64,000 bases of DNA, from the NCBI GenBank assembly GCA_904063045.1, contig CAJFCJ010000009.1, positions 786,942 to 850,941 on the forward strand. Direction: 5' to 3'. Shown here in pieces: positions 30,913 to 44,221 of this stretch. The notes below the pieces were generated by a model, which was given only the letters and a program-made list of their open reading frames with translations, searched no databases and was not told where the DNA came from. The position numbers and the translations under genes are program-made. Origin of the DNA: Dimorphilus gyrociliatus. Lineage: Eukaryota > Animalia > Annelida. Position 1 is the stretch's first letter. Each line of letters opens with the position of its first letter.

Positions 30913-32094
30913 ATGTATAATCTATTAAGGAAACTATTGGCCGATAATTTCTCTAAATTCGTGGATTTAGTGGAAAACTCGAATTCGAAACTTGATCTCA
31001 ATGAACAAGACGATGATGGAAAGACGCTTTTAATGTTTGCCGCAGAACTTGGTAGAATAGATGCTCTCGATTTTTTGATACAAAAAGGCTGCGACATTTC
31101 CATCGTTTGTAAATCAGATATGAATTGTATCCATTATTCGCTTTTGGGTGATAACGAAAATGCGGAAAATGTTTTAAGGAGACTTATAATATATAATGCT
31201 GATTTTAGCCAACGGAGCGTAAATGGAACACCTTTATCATTAGCTACTAAATCAGGCTTGAACGGATGTGTTTCGTTAATAATTAAATACTTCCCGGGAC
31301 TTGTTAATAGTGAGCCCCTAATTTATTACGCCATTCAAACGAAGCACTTCGATTTAGCGCGCAAGCTAATAGAAATCGACGAAATCGACGTCGACCTTAG
31401 GGCTGGCCAACGTCAACAGACGGCACTGCATCTGGCGGCAGCGATGAGTGAGGTTGAATTAGTGACGGCTCTATTAAAGAAGAGTAAAGTCAATATTGAG
31501 GACGATACTGGAAAAACTTGTTTACATTTAGCTGCGGAAAATGGTGTTTTCAAAATTATTAAACGCTTAGTTGACGCTGGATTAGACGTAAATAAGCAGG
31601 ATAGTACTCTATGGAAGTTTACTCCGCTTCATCAAGCGTCTCAGAGAGGCTTTGTAGAAACAGTAGAAGAACTTTTAGAAAACGGAGCGAACGTTGACGT
31701 TCTCGATGGAGACAATAGAACTCCTTTGATATTAGCTATAATTGCCTGTCAACCTCTAACAGCTTTGAGGCTAGTTCAGGAAGGCTGCAATGTCAACGCT
31801 TGTGTGTCGGGAACAATTATGAACATATCGGATAAACCCGTACATGCTCTTGATCTAGCAAGAGCTCTACAATTCGAGCCAATCGTTGATCTACTAGTAG
31901 AAGCCGGAGCTACCTCTGTCTTTCGACAGGTTGTTCCAACACTTTTATGTTTATCAGCGAACAAACTACGTCAGGCACTAAAACCTAAAGTCCGCAAGAA
32001 GATTAACCTCCAACCTCTACCTTATCCTATTAAACGAAAGCTTCTATTTTATGATTTACATTCAGCTTTTAAAACAATCGAGCATGAACCATAG
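30913..32094 (+). CDS. Ankyrin repeat + SOCS box protein (ASB-like), intronless
   Basis: Multiple G-x-TPLH/TALH ankyrin repeats; C-terminal VPTLLCLSANKLRQAL...LPYPIKRKLLF SOCS box. Confidence 0.88.
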   Translation: MYNLLRKLLADNFSKFVDLVENSNSKLDLNEQDDDGKTLLMFAAELGRIDALDFLIQKGCDISIVCKSDMNCIHYSLLGDNENAENVLRRLIIYNADFSQRSVNGTPLSLATKSGLNGCVSLIIKYFPGLVNSEPLIYYAIQTKHFDLARKLIEIDEIDVDLRAGQRQQTALHLAAAMSEVELVTALLKKSKVNIEDDTGKTCLHLAAENGVFKIIKRLVDAGLDVNKQDSTLWKFTPLHQASQRGFVETVEELLENGANVDVLDGDNRTPLILAIIACQPLTALRLVQEGCNVNACVSGTIMNISDKPVHALDLARALQFEPIVDLLVEAGATSVFRQVVPTLLCLSANKLRQALKPKVRKKINLQPLPYPIKRKLLFYDLHSAFKTIEHEP

Positions 32095-32141
32095 CAAAGT
32101 AAATAAAAATTGTATTAATTTAGCAAATAAATTAAAATATA

Positions 32142-33108
32142 CTAGCCAATCAAATCAAATTGTCCGAAATATCTGGTAACTATGGTAATAAACAGATTAT
32201 ACTGAGCTAAGAATTCAGAGTCTATCGTACAAGTCGATCGATGTCGAGCGCAACCTCTTGCAATTCTTCTTAAATCGTGACAGACGTGAGGAACTAGCGG
32301 TGTTTCTATTGCGATTAGAAATGCGTATAACCATTTTGATTTTAAAGAGGTCAATTCATAATCGTCCAGCCAATCGGCGAATACACTGAGAAAGTAGTTA
32401 ATCTTAGCGGCGTTGAGTGTAAGTAAAATGTTAAATGACGGTTGTTGAGCAGTTTCAGGATTCTCTACAAAAGTAATGCTTTGTCTGATAAACTTTTCTT
32501 AAAACTAATATCATTAATGTCGAACCTTCCTCTGGGGAATCCGTCCCTAGACAAAATTGGCAGCAATCCCTTTCGGATAAATTCTTAATCTTCAAGATAA
32601 AGGTACTACTTGATTAAAAACAACAACAAAGCCATTGGTAAAGTGACTTGCATACTTACACCGCTTTTCGAAGGCTTTCTTTGTAGTCTTACGTCGCACA
32701 TTCGCTAAAAATATGTTGAGTTAATTCCATATTTAATCACAATTATTGCTTACTTCTCTGAGACTATCAAAATGCTTTAAAACATAGTCTTGCCAGTCGG
32801 TAGGTGATCCAAGACCATCAGGAGCTGGTATTAAGCCATCATCCTCAGATGATGTATAAAATACTGTTTGTTTTACTTTAGCTTCCTTTTTCCTCTTTGC
32901 TACCACTACTTTTGGGCATTTTTTCCTTTCTTCTCTGAAAGTTTAGCTCATTTAAAGAAAAACATTTTATCTCATTATCGGTCACGCACTGAACAAATTT
33001 TAGGTAACCGCTACTGGTCGACGCATAAACACTTTCATCGTTTTCTTCCATTTCAACATCTCCAACCGGCAAACACGGCTTTAGTATATCTTCTTCCGAA
33101 CTTGACAT
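32142..33108 (-). CDS. GEMIN2: Gemin2 / SIP1 (SMN complex), about 5 exons
   Basis: Spliced: ILKPCLPV..GYLKFVQ/EERKKCPKVVVA..PAPDGLGSPTDWQ..HFDSLRE...KWLYAFLIAIETPLVPHVCHDLRRIARGC..YNLFITIVTRYFGQFDL*, matching the Gemin2 N- and C-termini. Confidence 0.88.
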
Positions 33109-33238
33109 TTCCGATAGTGTTGAATCCTAAACGACAATTCAACTACTTTTTTCGCATCTAACTTCAGTATGTTTTATGTGACTTATACCGGTTTCCCTCG
33201 ATTTGACCTTGACATTGAAATTTCGACAAAGTTGAAAT

Positions 33239-34720
33239 ATGTCTTTAAGAATCATTCTCAGCTCTTCCTGTTTTAGAAATACAATAAATACTTCAACGAA
33301 AAAGTAAACACATTTCCTAATTTTTCTTCAGCTGTCATTTTTTTTTCAGAGAATCTTAAATTTTTAATTTTTTACAATGAATTTAGATTTGGCAATGTGC
33401 AATCGTTCAGAGATATTGGGCTATCTAAGTCTTTTTGGCAAAGAGGCCAAACAGTACACACAAAAAGTTCACCTAAGAGAAGCCTCTTTCCTGATAAGAA
33501 CCTTGAACCCAATATTAGGCCTAGTTTAATTAAACCCTTAGTAATGGGTGTTGGGGTTAATATATTTTTACTTCAATGTTAGCTTTATATAGCAAATTTG
33601 ATATTCAGGTCAGTCTTACTGCCTATGGAGCTTGTATGGTTTGGCAATATGAAATATTGCGTCAGAAAGCTTATTCTATGTCAAAACAGTTCACAAATGT
33701 TCATTCGGGTATTCGTGGCCAAGTAAGGATTCTATTACGTATTACAAAGTATTCTTTAATCTATAATTAATTTTAGATACATTCAATATGGAAAAGAATG
33801 AAATTAACAGAAAAAGTAGCTGTCTCTATCATTGCCATAAATACAGGGGTATTCTTAGCTTGGAAAGTACCAGCTCTTAGCCGATATATGCTTAAATATT
33901 TTTCATCAAGTCCATATTCAAAAGCAGCATCATCATCAATGTTTTTTTCATTTTGGAGTCATTACAATACATTTCATTTGTTAGCAAATATGTATGTGTT
34001 TTGGAGTTTCTCGTACGCCGCAGGAGCACTGCTCGGAGCACCGGAAATGGTGGCATTCTTCGTTACTTCAGGTTAATAAATTAAGTTATACTGTGATTAT
34101 CAGTGCATAGATCATAATTTAACAGGTCTTTTATCTAATTACGGGAGTTACATCTTCAAAGCACTAACGCATAGTAGAGTTCCATCCCTAGGAGCCGTGA
34201 GTTGCACACAAGAGAGATTTTTTAACAGCGTCTATTTGATATTTATTTTCTTTTTTGAAGTCGGGAGCTATAATGGCTATTTTAGGGCTCACTTGTGCAC
34301 GCTTTCCAGAAGCTCGCCTAAGTATTGCGTTCGTAGACCAGCTAATACCTCATTCTTTTACAGCTGACAATGTAAGGCTTTTTTTTCTTTCATTATATTG
34401 ATTTTTATCGGTAATATTCCCTTCTATTGAAAAAACCTCAGGCCAAGAATGGTTTGATTCTAATTGATGTTCTTGGTATAATCTTTCGATGGAGATTATT
34501 TGATCATGCCGCTCATTTGTCCGGAATGCTATTCGGATTGTAAGTAGCATATATTGATTGTCATATTGTATTTTTATGCTCCTGTCCTATTGTTTGTCGA
34601 TCACTCTTAATGTTCCCTTTCTATAGATTCTACGCTCATTATGGTCATAAAATGGTTAGAGCTGGAGCGAAGCCGATCATGTCAAAGTGGCACGATTTAA
34701 GAAGATCGTCAGATAAATAG
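33239..34720 (+). CDS. PARL: Mitochondrial rhomboid protease PARL, multi-exon
   Basis: Mitochondrial-type start at 33239, SHYNTFHLLANMYVFWSF, PSLGA/SGAIMAILG (GxSG Ser), DHAAHLSGMLFG (His), stop 34718-34720. Confidence 0.9.
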
Positions 34721-35244
34721 GATATGAAGTTATGAAACTTTCTACAGTTTTTTAAGTATTTGTTATTTGTTGCCAAAAAAAATGTTCCCTATAAAATTAA
34801 ATATATATATATATATATAAACTATATACTAATGTATTAGTATATTAATCATTCAGTCGCACTTTTAATAAAGCAGTTCATTCTTATTTTAAGTCTACTA
34901 AACTGCAAAAAAAAGAACATTAAAGAAACCAAAGAGAAAGCCTGACAATTTATGACTAACAGAAAATTTAATGCTAATATTAGATGCTTTATTAATCATA
35001 AGGCAATCTATTACATTCTTCCATCGCGCCAAATATTCAAAGCTATTTTCGAATGTCTTAAAAAACTTTTTACCAGATTATTCTATTTTTTTAACGATAT
35101 CTTTTCTGCTAGTCGCAAAAATACGAAAATAATAAAACCGATTTACATGGCGACAGAACTACATTTTTTGTTTACATACAATTCTCCCTTTATCGCTCAT
35201 TTTTAAATTCGATCTTTCTCAAACACCTCATTTTTAAGTTAGTC

Positions 35245-35724
35245 ATGTCTCAAACTGGGGCAGCATTACAGACTTATAATCATGAGTTGGTCAAGTGTAA
35301 GTAAAATTTACTCAAATGCTGCTTTCAGATGTTAAAAACAGTTTTTTTCTCACTTTGATTAGGCATTGAAGAGTTGTGCTCAAAAAGAGACGAATTACAT
35401 AAGCAAATCATAGAAGAAGAGGAAGAAAAACGGAAATTACAAAATGATATTAGAAGTCTAACAGAACGTTTGGCTAAAGTCAACGAAAGCCTTAGTAAAA
35501 AAATGGCTGCCAGAAACGAATACGATAATACTATACGAGAAACAGAAGCAGCCTACATGAAGGTAATGTCGGATAAAATACTTTGAAAACAAGGGAAAAC
35601 AGTTAAATAATTCAATGCATTCTAACAGATCTTAGAGAGTTCACAAACGCTCCTCAATGTTGTAAAGAAAAGTGCAAATACGATTGGTGGTAAAAGTTCT
35701 ACACCAGCTCCACCAGCTCGTTAA
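35245..35724 (+). CDS. SSNA1: Sjogren syndrome nuclear autoantigen 1 (NA14/DIP13), 3 exons
   Basis: [67 protein letters not shown]. Confidence 0.95.
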
Positions 35725-35797
35725 ATTAATTCATATGTACTCAGACTATTACTGTACATGTGTATTTTCTTAGATTTTTATAAACAAGATTTTAACT

Positions 35798-38700
35798 TTA
35801 GACAAGCTGAACATTTAACTTCTTGTATGTCTGCAGAGCCGATAATACGATGTAGACGAACCACATCAAAATCAAACATATGGCAGTTAACCATTTAAGT
35901 TTTGTACTTCCTCCTAATTCTCCTCCGAACGCTTTTAGTTTCCTGCGCATAAATAATGAAGCAACACAGATAGAAGCAAATACGGAATAAACTAAGACGC
36001 TAAAACCCAAAGTTCCAGCTTCCACTTTGAAAGTTTTGTTCTAAAAGAGAAATATTTGTATTGTTTTAATAACATTAAATAATTAATATTTATAAGTTAG
36101 ATAAAGTTACTTTTGTCGTATGGTAAATTGACGCTATCACCCATGGCAGGCCTAAACCAAGGAAAACATTGACTGAGTTACTTCCTGTAATGTTACCTAT
36201 TGAATTATCAGCTGTCGACTCTTTTGAAGCGGCTTGTTTACTAGCAAATAAGTCAGGTAAACTAGTTCCAAGAGCAACTAGGGTTATTGCCGTTACTGAA
36301 TCGTCCAATCCTGATAGGCAACCTGCAATAGCAGCTAAATCTCCAACAATAGCAGTTAACAATCCAATCAATGACAAAGAGAAAATGAACGATAACCATC
36401 CTCCCATAATACCAGGGGGTGGCACGCATGCAAATAATACTTTCCAAAAGAAGGATAAAAAGTGCAAAATATAGTCGATGGCACATGCTTTATCAATATC
36501 ACCTTCAATTACAGAAAAAGCATTTTTAAACTGTTCTTTCCACGTGGTTTTATGCAACTCGATATGCCATAAATCTTGATTGGCGTTATTGACAATTCTA
36601 GATAAAACACCTCGAAATTCTTCGTCCGGAAGGATGCTTATTGCTACTCGATCGATTTTACCTACTTTTACACCCAAACTTGCGTCATCAGGATCGAGAA
36701 ACACTTCAAAGCCTCCTGTATCCTGATAAAAGAAATTTAATTTAGAATAGAATAACGTATTTTCAGGTTACTTAGATTTTATACCTCTTCAAGTAAAGCA
36801 TCTTTGAGAATTTCTATTTCGATATTCCTCTGACGCTGACCATTACAAAATTTTAAATAGCCCTCTTTCCCTAAATAATCTCTATTTAATTTGGATTTTC
36901 CATCTTTAGTATACCATCTAATTTGAATATCACCGTCACATCCATCCAGTCTGGTGACGGGTATTCTAGCGTGCCCGCAATGCTCTTTTATAAGCATGCA
37001 ATTATGCTTAAATTCTAAAGTACCCGGCTGATCGTTATCTTCAATGATAACTTCGTGAATTTTATTCAATCCGATTTTCATTAGTCCAAAATCAAAAACA
37101 TTCGATAGTCTAATCTCAAATTCATCATCTTTTATGTTAAACATTCCTAATTCGTCAAAATATTTTCTAATATCTGTTGTATCAGCTTCGTCATCCTTTA
37201 AACAGTCTATTATAGATGAACAATCGAGGGAGTTTACTTGGACAAAGAACACTTCGTTCTCTTCAAATTCGTTATCGTCAATGATTTTTATCAATACGGG
37301 TTTCCTAGTCTCATTCGCTTTAAATAGAACAATTTTATTTAAAGGTTGATAATCATTTTCGGACACTTTTGCAGTTCCATCGGTTGTATGTACTTTACAT
37401 ACAGCCGGTATTTCGATATTGCCTCTCCTTTGAACAAATACCGTAGCATATCCCTGGTTCTCTCTAACAACACTTGATGATGCTTCAAATTCTATAACAG
37501 CGTACTTCCTTGGAACATCGGATAACCGTAATTCTCCACTTTTTTGGATTAATTTGGGAGAAAGGGTTAAGGATTGCCGTCTGGTTAAGACTCTCATACC
37601 TTCTCTTACCCAATACGCTCTTGTCCGTTTTTGAGGGGGTTTTATCTTTTGTAATTCCGCTCTAGCTAGAGACTCAAGTTCTTTTTCCGTTAAATCTTGA
37701 TAATTTTCATCCATTTTTAAATGCTTAAAAACATACATATATATATATATAACTTAATACGTATAACTAATACTTTTAACTAAATAATAAGATATCAATG
37801 TCGTCTATTTAATGTATACCTTAATATATTGCATCAAATCTTTACGATATTTTTCATCCTCAGTTGATATACCTGTACAATAATAATTACATACTTGAAT
37901 CGTGCTTTATACTTAGATTAGTTCGTAAAGGACAGCATTTATTTTCTTTTCTTACGCACCTAGTGTTGCCTCTTGATCATTGTCTTGCTTCCTTTTAAAA
38001 ACACCAAAACAACCTTTATCGACAATGTAACAAGCTACTACTAATACTGGAAAGAAACAAAATGTTACAATAGCTTCCCATAGGTCAACGTGATCTGGAG
38101 AAATTCCAATAAGGATTATAAGAAGCCATATATAGGCAAAAACGGAAGAAAATGCCGTTATAGCGAATACGTTAAATTCTTTAATGCTCCTGCTCTCCGA
38201 ATTAGGAATTGAGACAACGCAGACAGCGGTTATAACTAACAAATTGAATGAAGCCGAACCAACAATAGTTCCAGGTCCTAGTTTACCAGCTTCAAAGTTA
38301 TTAAATATAATTTCTATACACGACAATAGAATTTCCGGTGCAGAAGAACCAAGGGCCATTAAAGTTAAATTCGCAACTGTATCATTCCAAACTGGAACTT
38401 CAATATAGTGCGATACATTCTTATCTGTTTATAATTACATCAAATCAGAAAAAAGGTATCTTATTAAATATGATTTCTTTCAATATTTAGCATAAGTTTA
38501 AATATATAATGAATTAATATAGAAGCAATAATTGCATATTTTTAATACAATTATCGATATCTCTCTCTCCCAAGCTATGAGTTAGGAGAGAATCGATATT
38601 GATGTTCAATTGTTTTTATCTAGTATTATCCATTTCTTATTTTTCATAAAAAAAAAGATGCAAAAGTATATTCGTACCATTCGGATCCGTATACTTAATT

Positions 38701-38927
38701 TTTCTTGTTTTTGACGTTATAACCTCAATAGACGCCATAAATTTATCAGCAATAATTGACACACCCAAGAATGACCATACTAAAGATAAAAAATAAAGAG
38801 ACGCTCTTGCTTTAATTGGCCATGTATATTCGTTAACTAAAGGTAGAAATAATCCTTTATCATGGCATTTGAAATTACTTATAACTTCATCCACAGTCCG
38901 ATTTAAAGATTCAACATTTACGACCAT
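35798..38927 (-). CDS. Na+/Ca2+ exchanger (SLC8/NCX family) with two Calx-beta domains
   Basis: Alpha-1 repeat MALGSSAPEILL, alpha-2 repeat VALGTSLPDLFAS, GSNSVNVFLGLG, Calx-beta motifs (IEFEASS..VRE, EIIEDNDQPG). Confidence 0.92.
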
Positions 38928-39895
38928 CTTATTTTATAAACTCTGCATATAAAATATTAAAAAAAACTTTTTAATATTCAATCGCTTGTCATTTCAAGAG
39001 AGAATCTAAAATCTTATACATATTTTTCCTTTCATATGAACCGACGCCCCTAGCTGAACAAAAAAAACATGTTGTATCGTTTTTAATTAAAATCGTGTTC
39101 TACGTACACTTTGAGGTCTTTACAGTCGTGTTTATAGGCTTCCAACTTGTTTCTCCATAATATGATCAACATTTTATTAAAGTAAATAACATATTCAAAA
39201 ATACGAAAAATGACTTTTTTTAAATTAACGCTGCGATGATATTTGTAAATGACGCTCTTTTTTTTTAGATTCATTTTAATTTATGCAAATTATGTATACT
39301 CCGATATAAGCAATGGAACGAAGGAATGATATTAAAAAATGTCAACTTTCTCTCTTATAAGTTTATATAATAAGAATTGTAAATAAATAAATATATAGGA
39401 TTATTTAAAAAACATGCATATTTAAACATATTAGTAGTTAATTTTTGATTTTTTATGAGTACTCATAAGGTTGGCGATTAAGAGAATGAAGGAGAAAGGA
39501 ATCGGAAAAGCCGCAGCAACTCGCTTTGGAAAAAAAAAAGAGAAAATTTCACATCTCCAAGCCTATAGAATATGAGAAACAAGATCTTTATATCTCATTA
39601 AACATGATATTGTATACTTTATCAGTGAATTTTTTTAGATTAAAAACAATCAGCAAACGTTTTATTAATTATAATGATTATGTTTTATTTTATATTTTAT
39701 CATCTTTCTTGTACTTTATATACTAATTAACAAACAACTGAAAGAAAAATTCAATTATCACGTGATCTTTTTTTTATTATTTTTTTCATTTTTTTCTAAA
39801 ATGAAAAAAAATATCTTTCAATGTACAAAAGCTTTGCAATTATAGTTGAAAACTATGCAATCAAGATATATAAATATATCTATATATCTTGTATT

Positions 39896-41501
39896 TTAAT
39901 CATCGTCAAATGTAATTCTCGTTCCTGAGTAAGAATTGAGAGATGGTTGCTGATTTGCTTTCCTTTTGGCCTCCCAAGATGGATGCAGTTTCTCTCCTTG
40001 GGCAATTTCTCTCTTTTCTATATTATCGATAATGAAAAAAATGAATAAGTAAACATTTAAAATATCAATATAATTATTGTATACCTGGCTTCTTTTTAAA
40101 TTTTGGTTCAGCAAATGATTTTTCCTTTGGCTTTTCTTGAGCAAACGGTTTATTCTTTTGCGTTTTTTCCATTTTCCTTTAAGAAATATAGGAAAACCAT
40201 TATTAATAATATTAATAAATTAATCATAAAATTAACTTACTTTGGCGCGAAATTCTTTCTCTTATTATTTTTGGTGCTAAGAGATGTTACAAATACGCTC
40301 TCTACATTTTTCTTTCTCTTTATATCAGTATTATTTGTCTCTTCCATTTCTTCATCAGATTCTTCAATTTCGGAAGCTCCATCGTCGCTATCCGCATCTT
40401 TAGCAAGGAAGAAATTGTCCCTATTTCTCTTCTTTTGAGATACATCACTATCAAGTATAATGGAATTATCGACACTGATTTCATCAGTTTCGTTCATTAA
40501 GTCAAACTCTTTTATTTCCATTAACTTTTTATTCTGTGTGCTCTGTTTGTCAACCTTTTCCTCATTATCAAACTTTATATTTTCCTTTTTAGTTTCTTTC
40601 GGCTGTGTTGCCTCAGGACTAGGAGTTTTCTCTAGTTCTTCGTAACAAGTTACATATTCCTCACTATCTGTACTATCTTCATCATTTTCACTCTGATCCA
40701 ATAGAGACTCTTCTGGAATAGCTTCTTTCTTCTTATTTTTCGATTCAAACAGTTTCGATATACTACCTCCTTTCATTTTACTCTTTAAACGTTCAATCTC
40801 TTCTTCGGCCAATAATCTATCAACTTTCTTCTCCTTTTCTGTTTTAACCTTTTGCTTAAATCTTCTACCAGTATTTTTTGTAGAAACAAAAGCAGCTAAT
40901 GATTGCCAATCAGAGTGTTCTTCCCGCCATTTTTGTACAAAATTTTCCAGAACACTACAGTTAGCTAACCGTAGAAGACTTTTGTGAGCAATTTTTCCCT
41001 CAGTTTTGTTGCCATCAAATTTCTCGGTATTTGATAAAGCAAATTTCGAAACCATATCCGGTTTTAACGACTAAAATAAGGAAATATTTAATAGGTTTTT
41101 TCTGTAATGGAATACAAAATATTTTTGTAATTATATCAAACCTTTATTAATGATATTTCTTCTAAAGTCTTCTGAACTTTTCTCTCCGCTTTATCTTTAC
41201 TTAATTTCCTGTCATTTGTTTAATGTAATATTAGAATCATTCAAGAAATGTTACATATTTTACTGACTTATTTTTTCTCAACTTTTGAATATCTTGAGTT
41301 AATTTTCTTATGCACCGAACTTTTGCTTGTTTTACATATTTTCTTAAGATTATAACCTTGACGTGAAATAATGTTTAAATTAAGAGAAGAAATGAATAAA
41401 TGAACACTTATATATCTACACATAGATAACTATACCATATTATTTAGCTGTGGGACAGACATGGATGCCTTGTTACCCTCTCCATCAACATTTCGATCCA
41501 T
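39896..41501 (-). CDS. SRFBP1: SRFBP1/BUD22-family nucleolar protein, about 5 exons
   Basis: N-terminal LNNM/VIILRKYVKQAKVRCIRKL, acidic middle region, C-terminal KLHPSWEAKRK...SGTRITFDD*. Confidence 0.85.
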
Positions 41502-41687
41502 AGTTTGTTAATATATAATATAATGTTCTTGTAATTAAATTAAGAATACAACTAAATCAAAAATATCAGTAACTTTTCATATTTTTGGTGCGATGAGCGT
41601 TATATACCGCACATGTAAAAACCGATTCAACAGGACACTGCTTCAATACTCGGAACGTTTATCGTTAAATATTAGGCCTTATATTGG

Positions 41688-41697
41688 GTCACGTGAC
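41688..41697. promoter_or_regulatory. Palindromic E-box GTCACGTGAC upstream of SRFBP1
   Basis: Perfect 10-bp palindrome about 190 nt 5' of the SRFBP1 ATG. Confidence 0.45.
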
Positions 41698-41805
41698 ACC
41701 CATTTTCTGAATAAATGGTAAAGAACTAGCGCGGCTAAACTACAACAAAGTTCTACTTAGAATTTATTTATTGATATCAATCATTAAGGAAGCAACAGAG
41801 TATGT

Positions 41806-43611
41806 TTACAAGATGTAGTCGTCTCTATGATATAGCTCGCTCAAAAGTCGATATACGTATGTTGGGGCATTTCCTCCTCTGAAAAAGTTTTGCTTTTAAA
41901 TTTGTCTAGTAGCCTAAGTATAAGATAATATAATTATATACAACTTCAATCAGACAATATGTGACATATGAAACTTTGATCAATAAAACCGAAACTATAT
42001 CTAGATCTATAGAGATTGATCGTAAGAATAGTTAGTTATGTATACTTACATGTTACTTATAATTAGAGTTACAAGATCGGGTGGAACATAATCATAAATA
42101 GGATTGTATACTTGAACATCGCTGGGAATACCACACTCTGCAAAATTGAGAACTTCTTGAGGACAGCCAAGCTTATTGAAAGATGACTGATCATGTGATC
42201 TGCAAGGATATTTTCTTATTAAAACTATATCTGAAAGTAGCTACATTTATAAAAATTACGTGAAAAATTCTGGAGAGAGCTTATATAGTGCAGCACAAAC
42301 GATAACCTATAAAATGAAACTAATTAATAATATTGCAATTCTAAAGAGCAACTTTACATACTGGTACAGAATGTCTCTTAGCTGCTAAAGCTATATTATG
42401 AATACCACATTTTGCTTTCAAACTGAAGAGGTAAGAAAGTATTATTAAACAAAAGGTAACTGTATGCAACCTTACCCTCCATCTGCCATTATAGCGTGTG
42501 TACCAATGAAAACTTTATTCACTCTTGCCATTATCGAAAAGGCAGCTGAGTCATTTATAACAGTTGTTTTAATTTTAGATTGTGCCAATTCCGCAGCCAT
42601 TTTTTGACCCTAAAAGATATACTCTATTTAAAGTTGAAAAATTAACAAACGATGGAAACTTACATTGAATTTTGGTGCGTCTTCAACCACAATAACTTGA
42701 AATTCTATCTGCTTTCTTGCTTTCTACATAAAGAAAAGAAATAATGTTATACGATTTGTAAGAGCTTACTCTTTGATAGTATCACTTTGAAAAATGCTAG
42801 GACTATACTTGAATAACCAAATGTAAGGACTACTTCATTTGAGTGAATATGCTCTGCTGCTTGATTTATTATATCTTCTCGACTAGTTAATAATTGGAAA
42901 AAATATTTAGGCACTTAGCAAATATTTATATATCTGCAAAACAACACTACCTTGTCTCCAATTCTGATATTAAGTCAGTCAATGCTTCGTACATATTCGT
43001 CCTTAAATTTTCAACTGGACGAGAAAAAGTATCTTCTGATTTAAGCAAGTATAATTTTGTTAAAGATTCCTCTCTGACTGGCTCAATAGTATTATCATCC
43101 TCTTCGAGACATCTATAAACAACATTTACATTTTACATAGGATGCGATACAAAAATATGATAAAAATTAACCTTGCATGTTCTTCTCGTACAATTTTCAA
43201 CACTATAGATAATTAATTTATTACAATAATAAAACAGTATTTATATTCTATTAACCTTTTCGAACCATATTTCCGATAGTTGATTGATTGGATGCAACGC
43301 TCATCATATTCTTTCCCTTTTCTTTCATTTCCTCCATTAGTTCTCTAAATGTAATAAATAGGCAATAACAAACAGAAATGACAAATATAATGTTAACTAA
43401 CCTAGCGTTTGCCCATCGATATTCGGAGATTACTTTTCGTAGAATATTAACAGTTTTCAAAGCAATTTCATAAGAGGTCAATGAATTCCTTAAGTATTAA
43501 TAACACAAACCATGAAAGAATTTACATTGTTAACATTTGTGATTTGTGTATAACAAACCCTTTTTTAATATCTCGTCTAAACGTGGCTATTTCTTCGTCC
43601 ACACTACCCAT
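41806..43611 (-). CDS. EIF2B2: Translation initiation factor eIF-2B subunit beta, multi-exon, with a 5'UTR intron at about 43627-43958
   Basis: TSYEIALKTVNILRKVI, STIGNMVR, VVVEDAPKFN, KVFIGTHAIMADGG, NPIYDYVPPDLVTLIISN/GGNAPTYVYRLLSELYH. Confidence 0.93.
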
Positions 43612-44221
43612 GCTTGCAAGAATCTGAAACGAAAGAGATTTCAATAATTTCAGTTTAATTTATGAATGCAATGAATGATGCAAGGAAATGTAAGATCAAG
43701 ATAAAAACCATATTTTCTTTAATTGAAATTAACATGAGTATAATCATTTTAACAATTGATAAAGCAAAATAGATGACTACAAAGCTATTGTTTGAGAGTA
43801 ATTAAGCACGAATATGTCCAATGCACCCAAGGCATATTGAAATATCTTATCTTTAATTTCATTAACGTACCATATTACTAATAGGTCTTAAAACTTCTTA
43901 ATGAGAAATTTGTAATAGAGCATTTGTATTTACTATCAAGTCTCTGAGAGGATACTTACAGTTATTTGCTTATAGGAATATTAAAGCCACAACACGTAAC
44001 TTTCAACTTAGACTATATGTCGTCTGCTCCATTTACAGGCGAAATATTGGAATTACCAGTCTTTCCCTGAAATATTATTGTTCATTGGTTGATCTCGCGT
44101 TTGGGAAATCACGTGGGTTAGAATGTTTTGGATCGTTCGTTTCAGCAAAACAGGTTGATATTTGCGTGATAAGTGTTAGAACTGGTTCAAACCTGCTTTA
44201 CATTGAGTCAGTTTGCGAGAC

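Noticed and set aside
41879-42049. Enlarged last EIF2B2 intron with a GATCAAT/ATTGATC hairpin (41978-42021), a snoRNA candidate
   Set aside because: No convincing C/D or H/ACA boxes in the host sense; an Infernal/snoReport run would be needed to revive it.
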